The position numbers and the translations under genes were made by a program. The notes beneath the pieces were generated by a model that saw only the letters and a program-made list of their open reading frames with translations, made no database searches and was not told where the DNA came from. A stretch of 63,993 nt of DNA, filler included, from Hausera hauseri (lineage: Eukaryota): assembly GCA_046269625.1 (NCBI GenBank). It is 11 parts of 11 records of this genome, joined end to end, with 100 filler letters (N's around TTAATTAATTAA, not from the genome) between each part and the next. Parts side by side here need not be neighbours in the genome. Positions count along the whole stretch, not along the records: positions 20,232 to 26,869 come from JBJURY010079658.1; positions 26,970 to 36,490 come from JBJURY010351045.1; positions 36,591 to 41,085 come from JBJURY010553894.1; 8 more parts are not named here. One strand, given 5' to 3'. Positions 24,274-37,272 of the stretch are shown here, in pieces (position 1 is the stretch's first letter; every line of letters starts with the position of its first letter).

Positions 24274-25620
24274 ATGTATTGTTTTGTGTTATGGGTATCA
24301 CACGCTTATTGTTCTTTTTGTGTCAAGCCGTACTCTGTGAGATACGGTTCGTTGGAAGCACAAGAGGTCGACATTTACGTGAATATGATTTCTAGCAGCG
24401 CTACACCCGAGAATTGTGAGGGAGTTTTGGTGTTGAAATATGTCGGTCAGTTACACCATCTAATGGATGGGGTTGCGACAGGTCTACATTGAGAGACTCC
24501 ATTCATGATGTGCATGTCGTTGTGCGCGCACCAAATCTTGCAAACAGTCTTCTTGGATGTACCTATCTGATATGCTGTCTGCAATTTCTGACGATTGGAG
24601 CATGTTGTTACAACTGCACGATGTATTGTTGCTTTGACTTTTTGTACGGGTGTGTTGTTGGTTTTGTGGCATGGAATGGTTTGATTTTAATGACGTTTAC
24701 GTATTGTCAAGCTTCCTGTTTGTCTCTGCTACAGGACAATCAATGCATTGTCAGCAGTGGAGCTATATCGTACAAGAGCTGTACTGTATGTTGTGTGGAT
24801 CAGAGGCATCCCACTGCCCATATGTGTGTTTTGCGCACTCTTCGATGTATTTTGCCAGCTCTGTATCCAGTTCTGCATGACCATGTTTTCCTGACTAATC
24901 TCACTGTTCCCATAATCTCCCCTTCAACCACTCAATGCCTTGCTTTACGCTTCTTTCACTGCAGCTGCTGACATCCTGAGGGTTGTATTCTCTTTCGGAG
25001 GGCACCTGCCCGTTGATCATGTCAAGTTGGAATGCCTGAGAGCTCCACTGATACTAGATACGCTGAGATTGTTTCCAATATTCCTATTCGTGGTTTCATT
25101 TCAGGTAAACGTTTCTGAAATTTACACATGGAGCCGATCACTGCAACTCGGCATCTAGCGACGACAGTATCGATAATCACTTGTGCCTTGTCAACGGCCG
25201 CAGACACTGGTGTTCGTCTAGTTGGCCTTAGGATGTTTGGTCGAGATGTTCAAGGAAGTAGTTCACTGTGTTTGGATCCTGCTCGTATGCCTTGGCACGT
25301 TGCTGTATCATTCTTTGTCATTTGTATGACCGCTCTCTTGTTATTTCCCATGATTATTTTTTCCTAGTCGAAGCGTGATCATGCAGCTGATGGGATCAGA
25401 TACTGTCACGACTGTGCTGATCCTTTTAAGCATACCAATTGTTGCGTGTCTGGCCACTAGCACACCATTCGTTGGACTGTTTGTGCCACATGTGTTTATA
25501 CTACCTCGGTTGGTTGGAGGCACCTGCGCTGGGTTATTGTGTTATTCCTGTCCAGCAGTATTTGCAATTGCCACTGGGAAATGAACTGTTAGGGATGTTG
25601 GTTGGGTTTATTTTTGCCTA
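24274..25620 (+). pseudogene. Possible decayed multi-pass membrane protein gene
   Basis: Chain of overlapping short hydrophobic + strand ORFs in different frames; no family recognised. Confidence 0.25.
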
Positions 25621-26200
25621 GTATGACTTCATATTTTTGCTGGGGAGGTCTTGAGTTTTCTATGAACAGGAATATCAATGTATGAGCAGGTCAAGTAAGT
25701 GGGGTGATAGTAGAAGTTAGCGCACGCATTCCATTGCATCTGGGTAGATCGCCTGTTATGCGCATGTGTGCACTTGAATGTGTTTATATCTGTATTGTTC
25801 AGTTGTTCTGCGTTTTAGTTTTGTTTGTTTCCTTTTTGCTTTATGAACTAATGAGATGAAACAGCATATGCATATCTTGATACTCGCAGTTAGTATTGCT
25901 CAATTTTCATCGAGGCAATCGGTGATTGAGCCACATTTTTTTTTGTTTGACTCAATTGAACGGAACCATTTGTGAAGCAATTCCTAACGTATGCTTTTTG
26001 AGAGCTGTTGTGATTTGCTCTACATTGTAGATGATGACCGTTGTTTCTCCCTAACCGCGACACCATTCCATTCATTCTGCACATTTCTAAAGAAATCCAT
26101 TTTGCAGCAATTTAAGTGTGCCTCAGTAAACTTTCCTTTTGTACTAACTAAGAGAATTTATATTGTATCTACACAAAACGAAAACATCATTCCAAGGTCA

Positions 26201-26869
26201 ATGCCAGCCAACGTTCCGACGCCTACAGACGTCGCTCTTGTGCCCATTTCCCAAAGTTCTCCTCATGAGACCGTTACTTCACAAGCTCTTGACAATGCAC
26301 TAACAATATCACGGAACTTCGTTGGAGTCAAGGATGCATTCAACAAAAAAGTACAACCATTAGATAGACAGACCGAAATGCAGCGTAAAGCAGAGCAGCA
26401 GGCATACGTTGACACACTCCACCCATTGAATCCATTGCGCGGCTATTACAAAATTGCACCCAGAGGCCTTATGCCGCATGGAAGTGTGTTGGGCAGCATA
26501 TCCAATTTGACGAATTATGAACTAGGAGTTGCGACACTTGCCATGCCTCATGCATTTGCTGCCGCTGGGAGTATCTTTTCTCTTGTTGCCTTGGCTTTTG
26601 TCGCATTTTCTGATGTTTATCTGACTGTGTTATTGTTGCTTCTCCAGGAAGTGACTGGTTATCAGTCGTATGAGCAGATGGCTGAAGGCCTCATTGGTCG
26701 ATGGTTTAAGTATGTTGTCGGTGCCCTTACTACGTTGCTTTGTTGGGGAATATGTGTTGTTTATATTGTGGCCATCAGTGATATTCTACAACCTATACAC
26801 TCGTTGGGTGTTCTCCCAGACGTATTTCGACAGGTCTGGGGCCAACGACTCATGACAACTATCTTCTGG
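26201..26869 (+). CDS. Amino-acid/auxin permease (AAAP, Aa_trans) family transporter, trypanosomatid-like, truncated by contig end
   Basis: PHGSVLGSISNL...LGVATLAMPHAF...SYEQMA..LIG...CWGICVVYI...WGQRLMTTIFW; no introns. Confidence 0.85.
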
Positions 26870-27540
26870 NNNNNNNNNNNNNNNNNNNNNNNNNNNNNNN
26901 NNNNNNNNNNNNNTTAATTAATTAANNNNNNNNNNNNNNNNNNNNNNNNNNNNNNNNNNNNNNNNNNNNGCACTTATGGATAGACATCCGTGTGCGAAGA
27001 TGTCGACCCTTCGACTGAACTAAACTAAACCAAACATCAAATCACTTGTAACCTACTTTTTCTACTTAGCGGGACGGGGATATAGAAACACACATATTGC
27101 TGAATTTATTGCCGACTTGAGGTTGTTCGAGTATGCGAGCCCTCTAGGTGTCTCAACTCTAACAACAATAAAAATCAGCCTAAGTAATGGTGAAGTGACT
27201 CCTAAATGCTTAAATAATAATCAAATGAGAACTCGAACTGAGACAAAGTCTAGACTGTGTTAAACACTTACTGTATGCCATTAGATCTGTTGCCACACTG
27301 AAGCTATCAGAAGTAAGTCTAGTTAGTAACAGAGGAGAACTGAATGAACAGTGACATTTTTGTTGTCTAATACCCGCCATACGAAGCTACTGAATTTAGA
27401 AAGTATGAATATACTTAACTTCTATCATGTGTCTAAGGGACAGCATTCTGATTTTACAAATGTTTTCATCCACAAAGAAAAAGGACAACCCCCATCCCCC
27501 CACCAAAAAAAAAAAAAAAAAAAAAAAGAATAGGCCAATC

Positions 27541-27606
27541 TGGGGCCCCTGTCAGTCAAGGGCCCCTGGAATCGTCCCCACTTTTCCCCCCCATACGGCG
27601 CCCCTG
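27541..27606. mobile_element. End of a non-autonomous hAT-like MITE
   Basis: GGGGCCCC subterminal repeats ending GGCGCCCCTG. Confidence 0.35.
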
Positions 27607-28806
27607 ACTTCAAGATCCAATCAGACAATAGCTAACTAAGTGGACATCGACACAATTTAGACGGTTTTGGATGAATTTTCAGTAAGGTGGACAATCTGTT
27701 GTGTGATCGCCCTCTGGTGGTGTAAAAAAGTACTACTGTCGCATCTCCGATTTCAAAATACATGACTGCTATTTTACATAAATGAGGAAAAAACGAAGCA
27801 CTTTGGTTGACATATGGCTGATGTTATCTAATGTAATTGAGTAATTATATAATCTAATCATATTTCAATGCTATTAGTGACAGTGGAATTGATTCAGATA
27901 GAGCAGAACTGCATTGTAATTTTATTGTAGATCTTCTCTTGTTTCAGACAAAAGAATTGTGTATTTTGTTTGCTTTGTTGGACTTTAAAAACATAAAATT
28001 AAATAACTGGATGAGTACAGAAGCCAAAATTTAAATCTGAGAGCAAGAGAATATAAAATTGGCACAGAAAAAAACAAATGTCTTTGCAGCCCAGTTGATC
28101 CGTGATGTATTAGTGTGGTCTGCATTTCTTGTTATCTTATTGGATGAAAGAAGTTTAATGTAAGTTCTTTACGGCGTTTTACATGCGGGAAAAGCGGCGT
28201 AAAAAAACGGGGTTCTAAGATGCGTTTAATGACCTGAGAAAACGTCGTTTTTTTACGGCGTTTAGAAGGCGATCTCAAAACGCCGGGAAAAACGGCGTTC
28301 TGGCGGGGCTTACGGCGTATTTTACAGCGTTATGACTCATAAAACGGTGTTTTTTTACGGGTTTTATTAGCTGGACGCGTGAGAAAAGTGGCGTTTTGTG
28401 GCGCTTTCGCCCAACCATAGTTGCTTCATTTATGAACGCGTACATGTGTGCGGGACGTGGCCGCCTTCACCTGTGCTTTTATGAATGAACCCGTGAGGGA
28501 ATAAAGCCGGGCCGTCTGTGCGGCGATTTGGCTGATATGTCTTGTAAAACAGGCTGTTGTTTTATGATGGGGTCCCCTGCGATCTGCCAAGACTGAAAAA
28601 AACAACAACAACAATATCACATGACCCCTCTGAGGAGTGCTACATGTGAGAAGCTGAATCATGTTATGGTAGCAAAAAATTACTTGTGTGTCTGAAGAAG
28701 AAGAGACAGCAACATTTTAAGTTAATACACAGTTTTCAAAGTACTTCCCCACAGCATCAACCACTCCAAATAACATTCTTAATGTTAGTTTGATTTGTGC
28801 GATTTG

Positions 28807-31800
28807 TTAGCCACGTGTGAATTTCTGTCCCAGGATTTCAGGTAGGATGCAATGTGTAAAATACTGCTTAACTTTGGGAACTTCTGTTTCCCAGAGCTGA
28901 TCATCTGGCAGAATTCTTTCCACATAAATATCATTTTCACTCCATACTACAAAATCACAATATTGCACATCCACAATGTGAATCTGAGCCTGGACCTGAT
29001 AGTAATAAGGATGGTTTCTATCCAGTTGTACAGAATCTCCATCCTTAACGAGACAAAAGCCAGGCTGTCCGGCACACATCTTCAGACTGACTTCATGCTG
29101 TTTGCTCTGTGGACACTGAAAGATAAGACAATGAAAGACATGGATAATAAATAGCCTCCAAAAGATTGGATTTTTACGTTATATTTTTTTAAAGATTTTG
29201 TTTCCCTCATTTCACTATTCAACAATAAAACTAGAAAGTGATAGTTTGTTTATGTCTCTGTCAAACAGGTGTGTTCTACAGGTAAGTGTGCTTTCATCTT
29301 AAATATGTTTTAACCCTCTGGAGTCCAGAGTGAAATTGGACGTTTTTATAATATTTTTGCTTTTACCTTTATATTTCACTTTAAAATTTGTTTTTCCTGC
29401 CATGTTTGGTGTCTTTTTGTTCAGTACAACCTCCTATGTGTGAATTTGAAGATTTTTTTTAAATTGTGACCTGCTTTATCAACACAGCAAACTTTAAATG
29501 ATACAAAAAACACACAAAAATGCAAAATCCGAGTGAAAAATTTATAGTTTTTTTTACTGTGAAAACCACAAAAATTTATAACGAACCGTTTTTACAACAC
29601 AGAATGCAAATATGAACAGTAAACTTCATAAAAATATATTCAAATTGAACAAAAATCAAAACTATGTACACTATTTACATTAAAATGAAGCCTATTTTTT
29701 AGGCGTTTTTTAGGCACAACAATGAAGTGTCAGAATAAATCAGTTGTGCCACTCTTCAAAGCAGTTTCTGTCCAGAACAACACAGAAGGGCACATCACAG
29801 GCCTTGCACTTCCATGGTGTGTCTCTTCTCTTATTGTCCACCTGGTGACAGCGCCTACATTTCAGCCTCCCTTTTGTGGCTTTTTCGCCAGCACCAGTGG
29901 TTTTGCAGATGGGCACAGGAACATGCTCCATTTTCCTTTTCAGGGGGACACCTGTCTTGTCCACATCACAAAGTCCACACAACAGGTCCACCATGAAGTC
30001 TTTGTGAGTCAGGGGCTGCTCCTTCTTTGCCTTGCAGAGCTCCTTGTGCAGAATGTATGCATTTGTTGAAGAAATATCTAAAAAATGCACCAACATTGTC
30101 TTGTACATACGAGCTGTTTTTCTGTGGGTGGAGTAGTACTGAATCAGCTGGTCAGACAGGTGAACTCCACCCATGTGTTTGTTGTAGGGCATGACTGGTG
30201 TGGGGCAGGGCACATTTTTAGAGGTCCACTGACCATCTTGGTCCTTCACCTTTCTCCTCACTGTCTCACCTGAAAAGGCAGGATGGATGGTGGAGCACAC
30301 AGATACCTCCCGTGTGTCCTTCCACTTCACAAACAGGACCGGTTCCTCCCTGATCCATCTTATGGACCCTCTTTCACTTTTTTTAGTGAAGCCATTTCTT
30401 CTCCCTCTAGGGCAGCCTTTTCTGTTCTCCCTGTAGGTCCCACACGCTCCAAACTTCTTTACGGACAGGTCCGTAAACAACTGGGGGCTGGTGTAGAAAT
30501 TGTCCATGTAAAGATGGTATCCAGTCCCAAGGCAGGCTGGCTCGAGCAGGTCCAGGACAACTTTATGGGAGAATCCATGTTCAGACTGAGCATAATTCTT
30601 CCCAGTGTAAATGCCAAACCTGATTGTGTAGCCACTGCAGGATTCTGCAAACACAAAAATTTTTATCCCCCATTTTGTTGGCTTGTCCTTCATGTATTGT
30701 GTCATTCCTGTCTTTGCTCTGGTTGCCACCATTCGTTCATCCACTGCCAGCTCTCTCCTTGGATGGTAAAATGCCAGGCAGGCACTGAGAATGTCATCAT
30801 ACAGAGGACGGATTCTAAAAAGCTTGACATGGCCTGGGGTTCCTTTTTTTTATAATTTTCAATGTCCTGCTCAGGATCACTCAGGTGAATGTTCCAAAAG
30901 ATGGATCGGAATCTGTCACGTGTCAATACTTTGGTTGGGGTAGGGACAGACAAAACATGGTTCTGTTTCCAGTAATCTTGGATACTTGGGAGAGACACCA
31001 ATGACATGTAAATTAGAAGGCCAAAAAATTATACAAATCTTCAGTTTCTATGTCAGTCCATTTATATTTTTTTCCAGATCTCTTATTTTTTGCTGCATTT
31101 TTATTTGTGTTATTGCAGATGGTTTTCACAGTGTCAGTGGCAAAAAATAAAAAAAAGCTCTTTAGGAGTATGAGTAGACAGAGTGTCAAAATGGACTCCT
31201 GGTGTTCTTCGTGGCACGAATCTGCTTACCTCTGGGGCAGCATCAACATCCACCTCTGTCTTCCAGGGCTCAGAGCTGATGCCTGGCTCTGTTGATCCAG
31301 GGGATCTGGACCTGGTGCACGCACCGCGATGTGACGCGCCACCCCGCCCCACCCTCTGTGCGGACCTCCGAGGAGCGCTTGACGCGCTCGCTGGACCCGC
31401 AGCTCCTGCTCAGCTCACTAAGGGACTCCAGAGGGTTAAAAGGGGATGGAAAGAAGACCCTAAAAGACTTTAGATCTTGTAAAAGATCTTATCTTTCATA
31501 CTGTTACTCAAAGTCTGCAGTGCAGTGTTCAAAACCTCTTGATAAATCATTTTTACCTTGATTTCACACACCCCGGCTCCATGACAGTCACATGAAACAA
31601 CTCCATCTGGTGAGGCTCCCATGTAAGGCCACCTTGAGTTTAACCACAGCCCACTGTCCATGCAGGAAAACCCCTCATGGTCCACACGCTGGAGCTGCTC
31701 ATACTGTTTTCGGGCTGTTGCTTCAAATTTACAGTCATATCTGGAATAAGAATAAACTGTATTTAAAACTTGAATTTAATTTATTTCTGGTGCATAACAT

Positions 31801-33560
31801 GTACTTATTTGAGTTTAAATATACACCTGCCTAAAATAAAACTCTGTCATATACTTGCTCCTCCCTTACCTTTCCCTAACACATATCTTGTTGCTGCTGA
31901 AGATAGCTTTTGTGTTTCTGGGTAGCATATAGACTTGATCAAAGCCTTGGATGGTCTTTCTTGACTGCTCTGTAAAACTTGTTTATGTTTAGAGGCTGTT
32001 ATTCTTCCTGCTCTTTGGCTGTACCAGATAGTAGATGAGCTCTGGGCCCTGGTCTCCTCTTCTACATCTTGTACCTGCGATACACTGAGTTCCTCAAAAC
32101 TGAATTCCCTGCATACGTTGTGCTGGAGATAGTTGCAAAGTCTCTGGTGTTTGGTACACAAAGAGAGATTTTGGTAAGGACGAGACAGACTTGGGGACAA
32201 ACTCTCTGTGATACGGTGCTCTGGACATCAAGGCAGCACTTTTTGGAATTTTTTTCTGTAGGGCCTCAAAAAACTGCACATGTTTCAGAATCTTTCTCTA
32301 ATTTTGGACAGATGTGGAGTTGTGTTTTGCGACTCTCAGAAAGTTTGCCTGCATAAGTGGCCAAAAAAGAATGTATCACTGTAAAAATGTGTCTACATAT
32401 TATAGCAAATAAAATTAACACAAATAATGCATCAATTTCACACACAATTTTACTAGGAGTATAACCAGTTAGCAAACATGCTTACCTGTCCTCCCTGCAA
32501 TAGCCTCATCTAATTTATTCTTCTTTGATCTTGCTGATGCAAAGTCAATATTGGCAACAGGTGCAACTGGTATCTGAAGTTATAAAGAAGATAAAACCAC
32601 TTTGGGACTATTAACAAAACAAATAAAATCAGAATATCATCAGTATATAGACCTACCTTCTTAATGTGTGAGGGCATTAGCCATTTACACTTTTCTGTGG
32701 TAAGTGAGGCACTTTTCTTCATTTTCACCCCAGCCTCTGTTGCAAAAAGAACAGCTCCAACATGGGAGCAAGATTCTGACAGTCTGAAAGAATAGATAAG
32801 TAAAATTAATAACAGTACTAGTATTTATCCAAAAAGTTCCCAGTGAGATGAATCTACCCTGAGATGGATAGAAAATATGTTTACTCAGAGGGTCTTCATT
32901 GCTAAAAAACATGAATAAAATAAATATAACTTACCCAGCCATACAGTCACAGTGAGCTGTGACTATTTCACCACTCTCTCTGGCCACAAACCACGTTTTT
33001 AACAGAGTTTCTGCAGATCTCTGAGAATGCTTTACCTACATTATAGAAATGAAGTATGAGTCAACATTCATAAATACAGTTCATACAACTCCAGCACGAA
33101 TTTGGGTTTACAGAAGCTAAATAAATTATTTACAAGTAAATCCAAGCACATATAAACAACAGGGGTTAACTAAGTGTGTTTGTGTTAGCGTTAGCGATAG
33201 CATTGTTAGCATCGGCTAATTACTAAAACAACAGAAGTCACTACTCACACGGGCAGAAACAAGTCGACAGCCATTTAAAGCTTCTTTGGATCCTAAATGG
33301 TTGACCCAGACTGAAACAAAATAATTGTAGGTTTCGAGGCTTTTGAAAGCTTTCATCTGACTCGTCTTATAATACGAGGTCTGCAGCACCAGATAGTTTG
33401 TTACGTCGATCGCCTCGACGCCGGGTAAATCCTCCAGATTATAAGACAAGTCTTTTTTAACAAGACAATAAGGATCATATCCTAAATGTACATGTATTTT
33501 TTCGCGATATCTCGTCTGCGCTTGCCCATTTAGGGCATTGGCATACTCACTGTACACCAT
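28807..33560 (-). mobile_element. Spliced SWIM-zinc-finger + YqaJ (lambda exonuclease-like) gene of an ISL2EU/KolobokP-type DNA transposon; probably degenerate
   Basis: [18 protein letters not shown] (SWIM), QSSSTIWYSQRAGRITAS, GASPDGVVSCDC...EIK/CP, YYYQVQAQI; GT-AG introns, including 29116-31556, which holds the piggyBac. Confidence 0.8.
29314..31435 (-). mobile_element. piggyBac transposon with perfect 13-bp TIRs and TTAA TSD; frameshifted PGBD4-like transposase
   Basis: TTAA-CCCTCTGGAGTCC (29310-29326) and GGACTCCAGAGGG-TTAA (31423-31439); DERM, YMKDKPTKWGIK, DNFYTS, YNKHMGGVHLSDQ, C-terminal Cys-rich domain. Confidence 0.95.
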
Positions 33561-33655
33561 TTCGCTGTGTTTTGAACCGGGGACAATCACTTCCGGTTCC
33601 CCATTTGAAGTTCGCGCTTCTTCTGGGTCACGTGACTGCAACCCAGCAAAACCGA

Positions 33656-35886
33656 TGTCGCAAAAAAGAACATATCCTTCAGTGGCAGAGAAAAGAAAGA
33701 GGAAAAGGGAGGAAGAAGCGGAAAAAAGCTAAGATAAAGGTATGTTTGCATGTCTCTTTGTAATGTGTTGTTTAAGAGATTTGTGTAGCTGTTATGCTCA
33801 TCGAAAATTAGCTTGCTAGCGATCTTTTACGGTCTGGTTAAATATTCAAATATTTATCTAAGTGTTTTCGTTGTATTTCTGTAAAATGGAGCTTTAACTT
33901 AACTTTAATTTTAATGTCGGCTTTTTTGTTTGTTTTTGTTTCATAATATACTTTTGCTAATGTGGATAGCAAACTAAACATCACTACTATGATTGATATT
34001 TGCTTGGCAAAAACATTTTAGCAGTCAGCTACCTACGAGCTTACTTAAGTTGGAGAAATGTTGTTAGCAAAGCAATTTATATGATCTAAATTACCACAAT
34101 TTTGATTTGAACTTGTACATTATGTGAAACTTGTTCAGGGGCACTGTTAAAATACTTGGAGGAAAAGAATCAGCCCAATGTCAGTCAACATCAGGCTCAA
34201 CTGAAGGTAATGTATCAGCTGAGAGATCGACAAACCGTAGATTTCATTTTAGCTATAAAAGTTACACCTAAGGGAAATTAATTTTATTAAAATATCCCAT
34301 TCATAGGTCCATGTCCATCTGCTGTGCCCTCTGTCCCTGTGTCTGCAACCACTGCAAATCTACCTGGCAAGTAAGCAGCAAAACATCTCAGGAAGATTTA
34401 ATATACGGTCATATGATGGAAAAACACATATTAAAAACATTTTAATGCTTATTTCAGGAGCTCTGCTGGCTAATTTTATCTTTTAAAAGCAAAACATACT
34501 AAAAATGGAATTTTAAACATATTTTACAAAGTGAGCAATATAATTATAAGTACTGTATATAATGACATCTAACAGGCCTATATTTTGTTTTCATTTAGGT
34601 CCGTCTCCGTCCTCTGCAGAGCTCTGTTTGGTATCTCCATCCCCTGTGCCCATTGTTGCAGGGTCTACAACTACCGCTGTACCTAGTAAGTTAACAGCCA
34701 AAGATCTTCTATATAACTGCTAATCTGTCTCATTTAGATTTACCTTAAGATACATTCATACGACAGAACTTTAAAAAATAATCATGTTTAAAACATTTTT
34801 AAGCAATTTTTTCAGTTGTTGTACTGGCTATTTTTTTCTTGTTACAATCAAAAAAAACTTATTTATAAAAAGTGAGCAAATTAATTTTAAGCACTGTATA
34901 ATATGACATCTAACAGGCCTATCTCTTTGTTGTGGTTTTCCTTTTCAGGTCCGTCTCCATCCTCTGCAGAACTATGTCTGGTACCTCCATCCTCTGTCCC
35001 CACTGTCTCTGTGTCTGCAGCTACTGCTGATGTACCTGGTGAGTTAACAGCAGAAGACAGTTCACAAGTCCTCATTGTACTGCAGGACATTGTGGGATTA
35101 TTCATTAAGTACAAAACTGAAATTTAATGTCCTTTTAGGTCTTTTTTATAAGTCATTGTCTCTCTTTTTTCACTTTCTCAGAAGCTTCCACGTCAAAGTC
35201 CCCTGCACACCATGGCTTTTCATCAGCTCCTCATGTTGACCCAGCTGACTGGCCATCATTTCTCTCTGAGTTAGACAGGACTCAGCAGGTGATCAGGGGG
35301 CCACTGCCTTTTAAGGATAATTTTATTTCTTGGACTATTTAATTTATTGTTTTTGTATATCTAAGTTATTTTATTTGTTCTTGCACTACAGATTACCTTT
35401 TCACATTGCTGTTGCAGTTCTTTGAACTAAAAATAATAAACCAGAAGACACTTTTGCTTTAAACACATGGTGTACATTTTTTGTGTTACTTTTAGTAACA
35501 CAAGATGATACATACATATAAGATACTGTAAACATCACTGCCAGATGTGAAATCATTTGTGTGAATGATCTGATTATCTGACTGTTGATTGCAGCAACTT
35601 ATTAGCAGAAAAATAGAAGGCACCAAAGTAAAATTTCGCTTAGGGCCCCATGCAGGCTTGGGCCGGACCTGCCAGCCAGAGCCAGCAAAACGCAAAAACT
35701 NNNNNNNNNNATTATACATGTATATAATGTAAACAGCACTGCCAGAGATGTAGTAAGTTTATAGCAGGTGTGTGAATGATCTAATGATCGGACTGTGGAT
35801 TCCAGCTGGTCCACATTGTTAGCAGAATTAGAGGGCCCCAAAACCAAACTTCGCTTAGGGCCCCATGCAGGCTTGGGCCGGCCCTG
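33656..35886 (+). mobile_element. Internally deleted hAT (ZMYM1-like) transposon: N-terminal exons and right end
   Basis: MSQKRTYPSVAEKRKRK..., DPADWP...IRGP motifs, then no catalytic region; ends GGGCCCC...GGCCGGCCCTG at 35886. Confidence 0.65.
34510..35060. repeat. Tandem duplication of a small S/P/T-rich exon with flanking intron
   Basis: About 34510-34710 resembles 34860-35060 (TGACATCTAACAGGCCTAT...AGGTCCGTCTCC...); weaker third copy near 34300-34380. Confidence 0.7.
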
Positions 35887-36611
35887 CACGGAACCGCTAG
35901 GAGCTTCGCTTAAAAACCCAGCATTTCTCAAATTTAAACAATAGGTATATTTTGTGAGTTTACATACTGTCAGAAAATGTAAACATTAAAAAGTAGCTCG
36001 AATTTTAAAATACTTTCGAACTGAAAATCTGGTCCTCCTTGTTAGCGCCACCAAACTTCATTTAGAAATGTGCGGGTTTGAGTTTCTTTTGATGTCCTTA
36101 ATGCGCGCGAACATGGAGAAATCAAAGAGAGGGACTTTTGTGAAACATCGACTTTTCTTCGTTAATTCTGCATATTTTTTATGTATCAATGTGCACCCAT
36201 CTCTCCACAAATACAAAAACAAAACAAACAGTAAACAGGCAATTCAAAGAGAGTAATCATAAATTGTTCTTATTCAAAAGTAGGTTAAGTTTAGTTTATT
36301 TGCACAGCATACATGCTTTTTCAGCAAAAATATAATTGTTCTACATTCTATTGAAATGCCATTAATGATGCACATTTTATTTGTATAATGATTAGAAGTA
36401 ATTTAGTCTTGATTAATAAAAAATAGTAGCAACAATATTATAAAAACTTTGCAAAGCTGTTTATGTTATTAATTACAAACTTAAATAGATNNNNNNNNNN
36501 NNNNNNNNNNNNNNNNNNNNNNNNNNNNNNNNNNTTAATTAATTAANNNNNNNNNNNNNNNNNNNNNNNNNNNNNNNNNNNNNNNNNNNNATAGTTAAGA
36601 TCTGGGCCAAT

Positions 36612-37272
36612 ATTGCACTCACTCGAGGTCTGCTAGCCGATGGTCGAGTAAGGGTTTTCGGACATGCTCTTCCATCTGGTGGTGCTGGATTTCGTGTGCA
36701 GTGTTGTAGCAACACTATATTAGACACTAAATTAAGATTTAAGATAGGGTACTGTTGTTTCGTCAGTACCCTTTCTGAAACACTAAAAGAATACAATAAG
36801 AATACTACACTCACGCGAGGTCTGCTAGCCGATGGTCGAGTAAGGGTTTTCGGACATGCTCTTCCATCTGGTGGTGCTGGATTTCGCGTGCAGTGTAGTA
36901 GAAACATTATATCACTAATTGAAGTAATATCTAAGATAGGGTACTGTTGTTTCGTCAGTACCCTTTCTGAAACATTTCAAAAAAGACGAATAGAGGCTTT
37001 CGGAGTAAGTCTTAAGATAAACACAAAGATAAATTTTTTTGTTAAGGTAGGCCACAAAACAATTTGCACTAAAATCTCGACCCTTGAGCCACTTGTCCTG
37101 GTTATACGCCCTAATTATGCTAGTTACCTTGACCAGGACACTTGGCTCTCGTATATAGGAATAACTAGGACCTTGACTAATACTGCACTCACGCGAAATC
37201 TGCGAGACGATGGTCGAGTAAGGGTTTTCGGACCTGCTCTTTCATTTGGTGATGCTGGATTTCGCGTGCAGT
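36612..37272 (+). repeat. Three copies of a ~95-nt hairpin-forming unit (36612-36704, 36803-36900, 37182-37272) and two copies of a 27-nt hairpin (36746-36772, 36938-36964)
   Basis: Core GATGGTCGAGTAAGGGTTTTCGGAC identical in all three; small hairpin AGGGTACTG/CAGTACCCT; period 192 bp. Confidence 0.9.

Noticed and set aside
35500-35890. Apparent double hAT terminus
   Set aside because: The two similar copies flank a 10-N scaffold gap; this may be a local duplication or assembly overlap and cannot be resolved here.
36612-37272. CRISPR or hammerhead interpretation of the hairpin repeats
   Set aside because: Units are too long, intervening sequence is also repeated, and no CUGANGA-stem-GAAA core is present (the minus-strand CTGACGAAAC lacks stem II).
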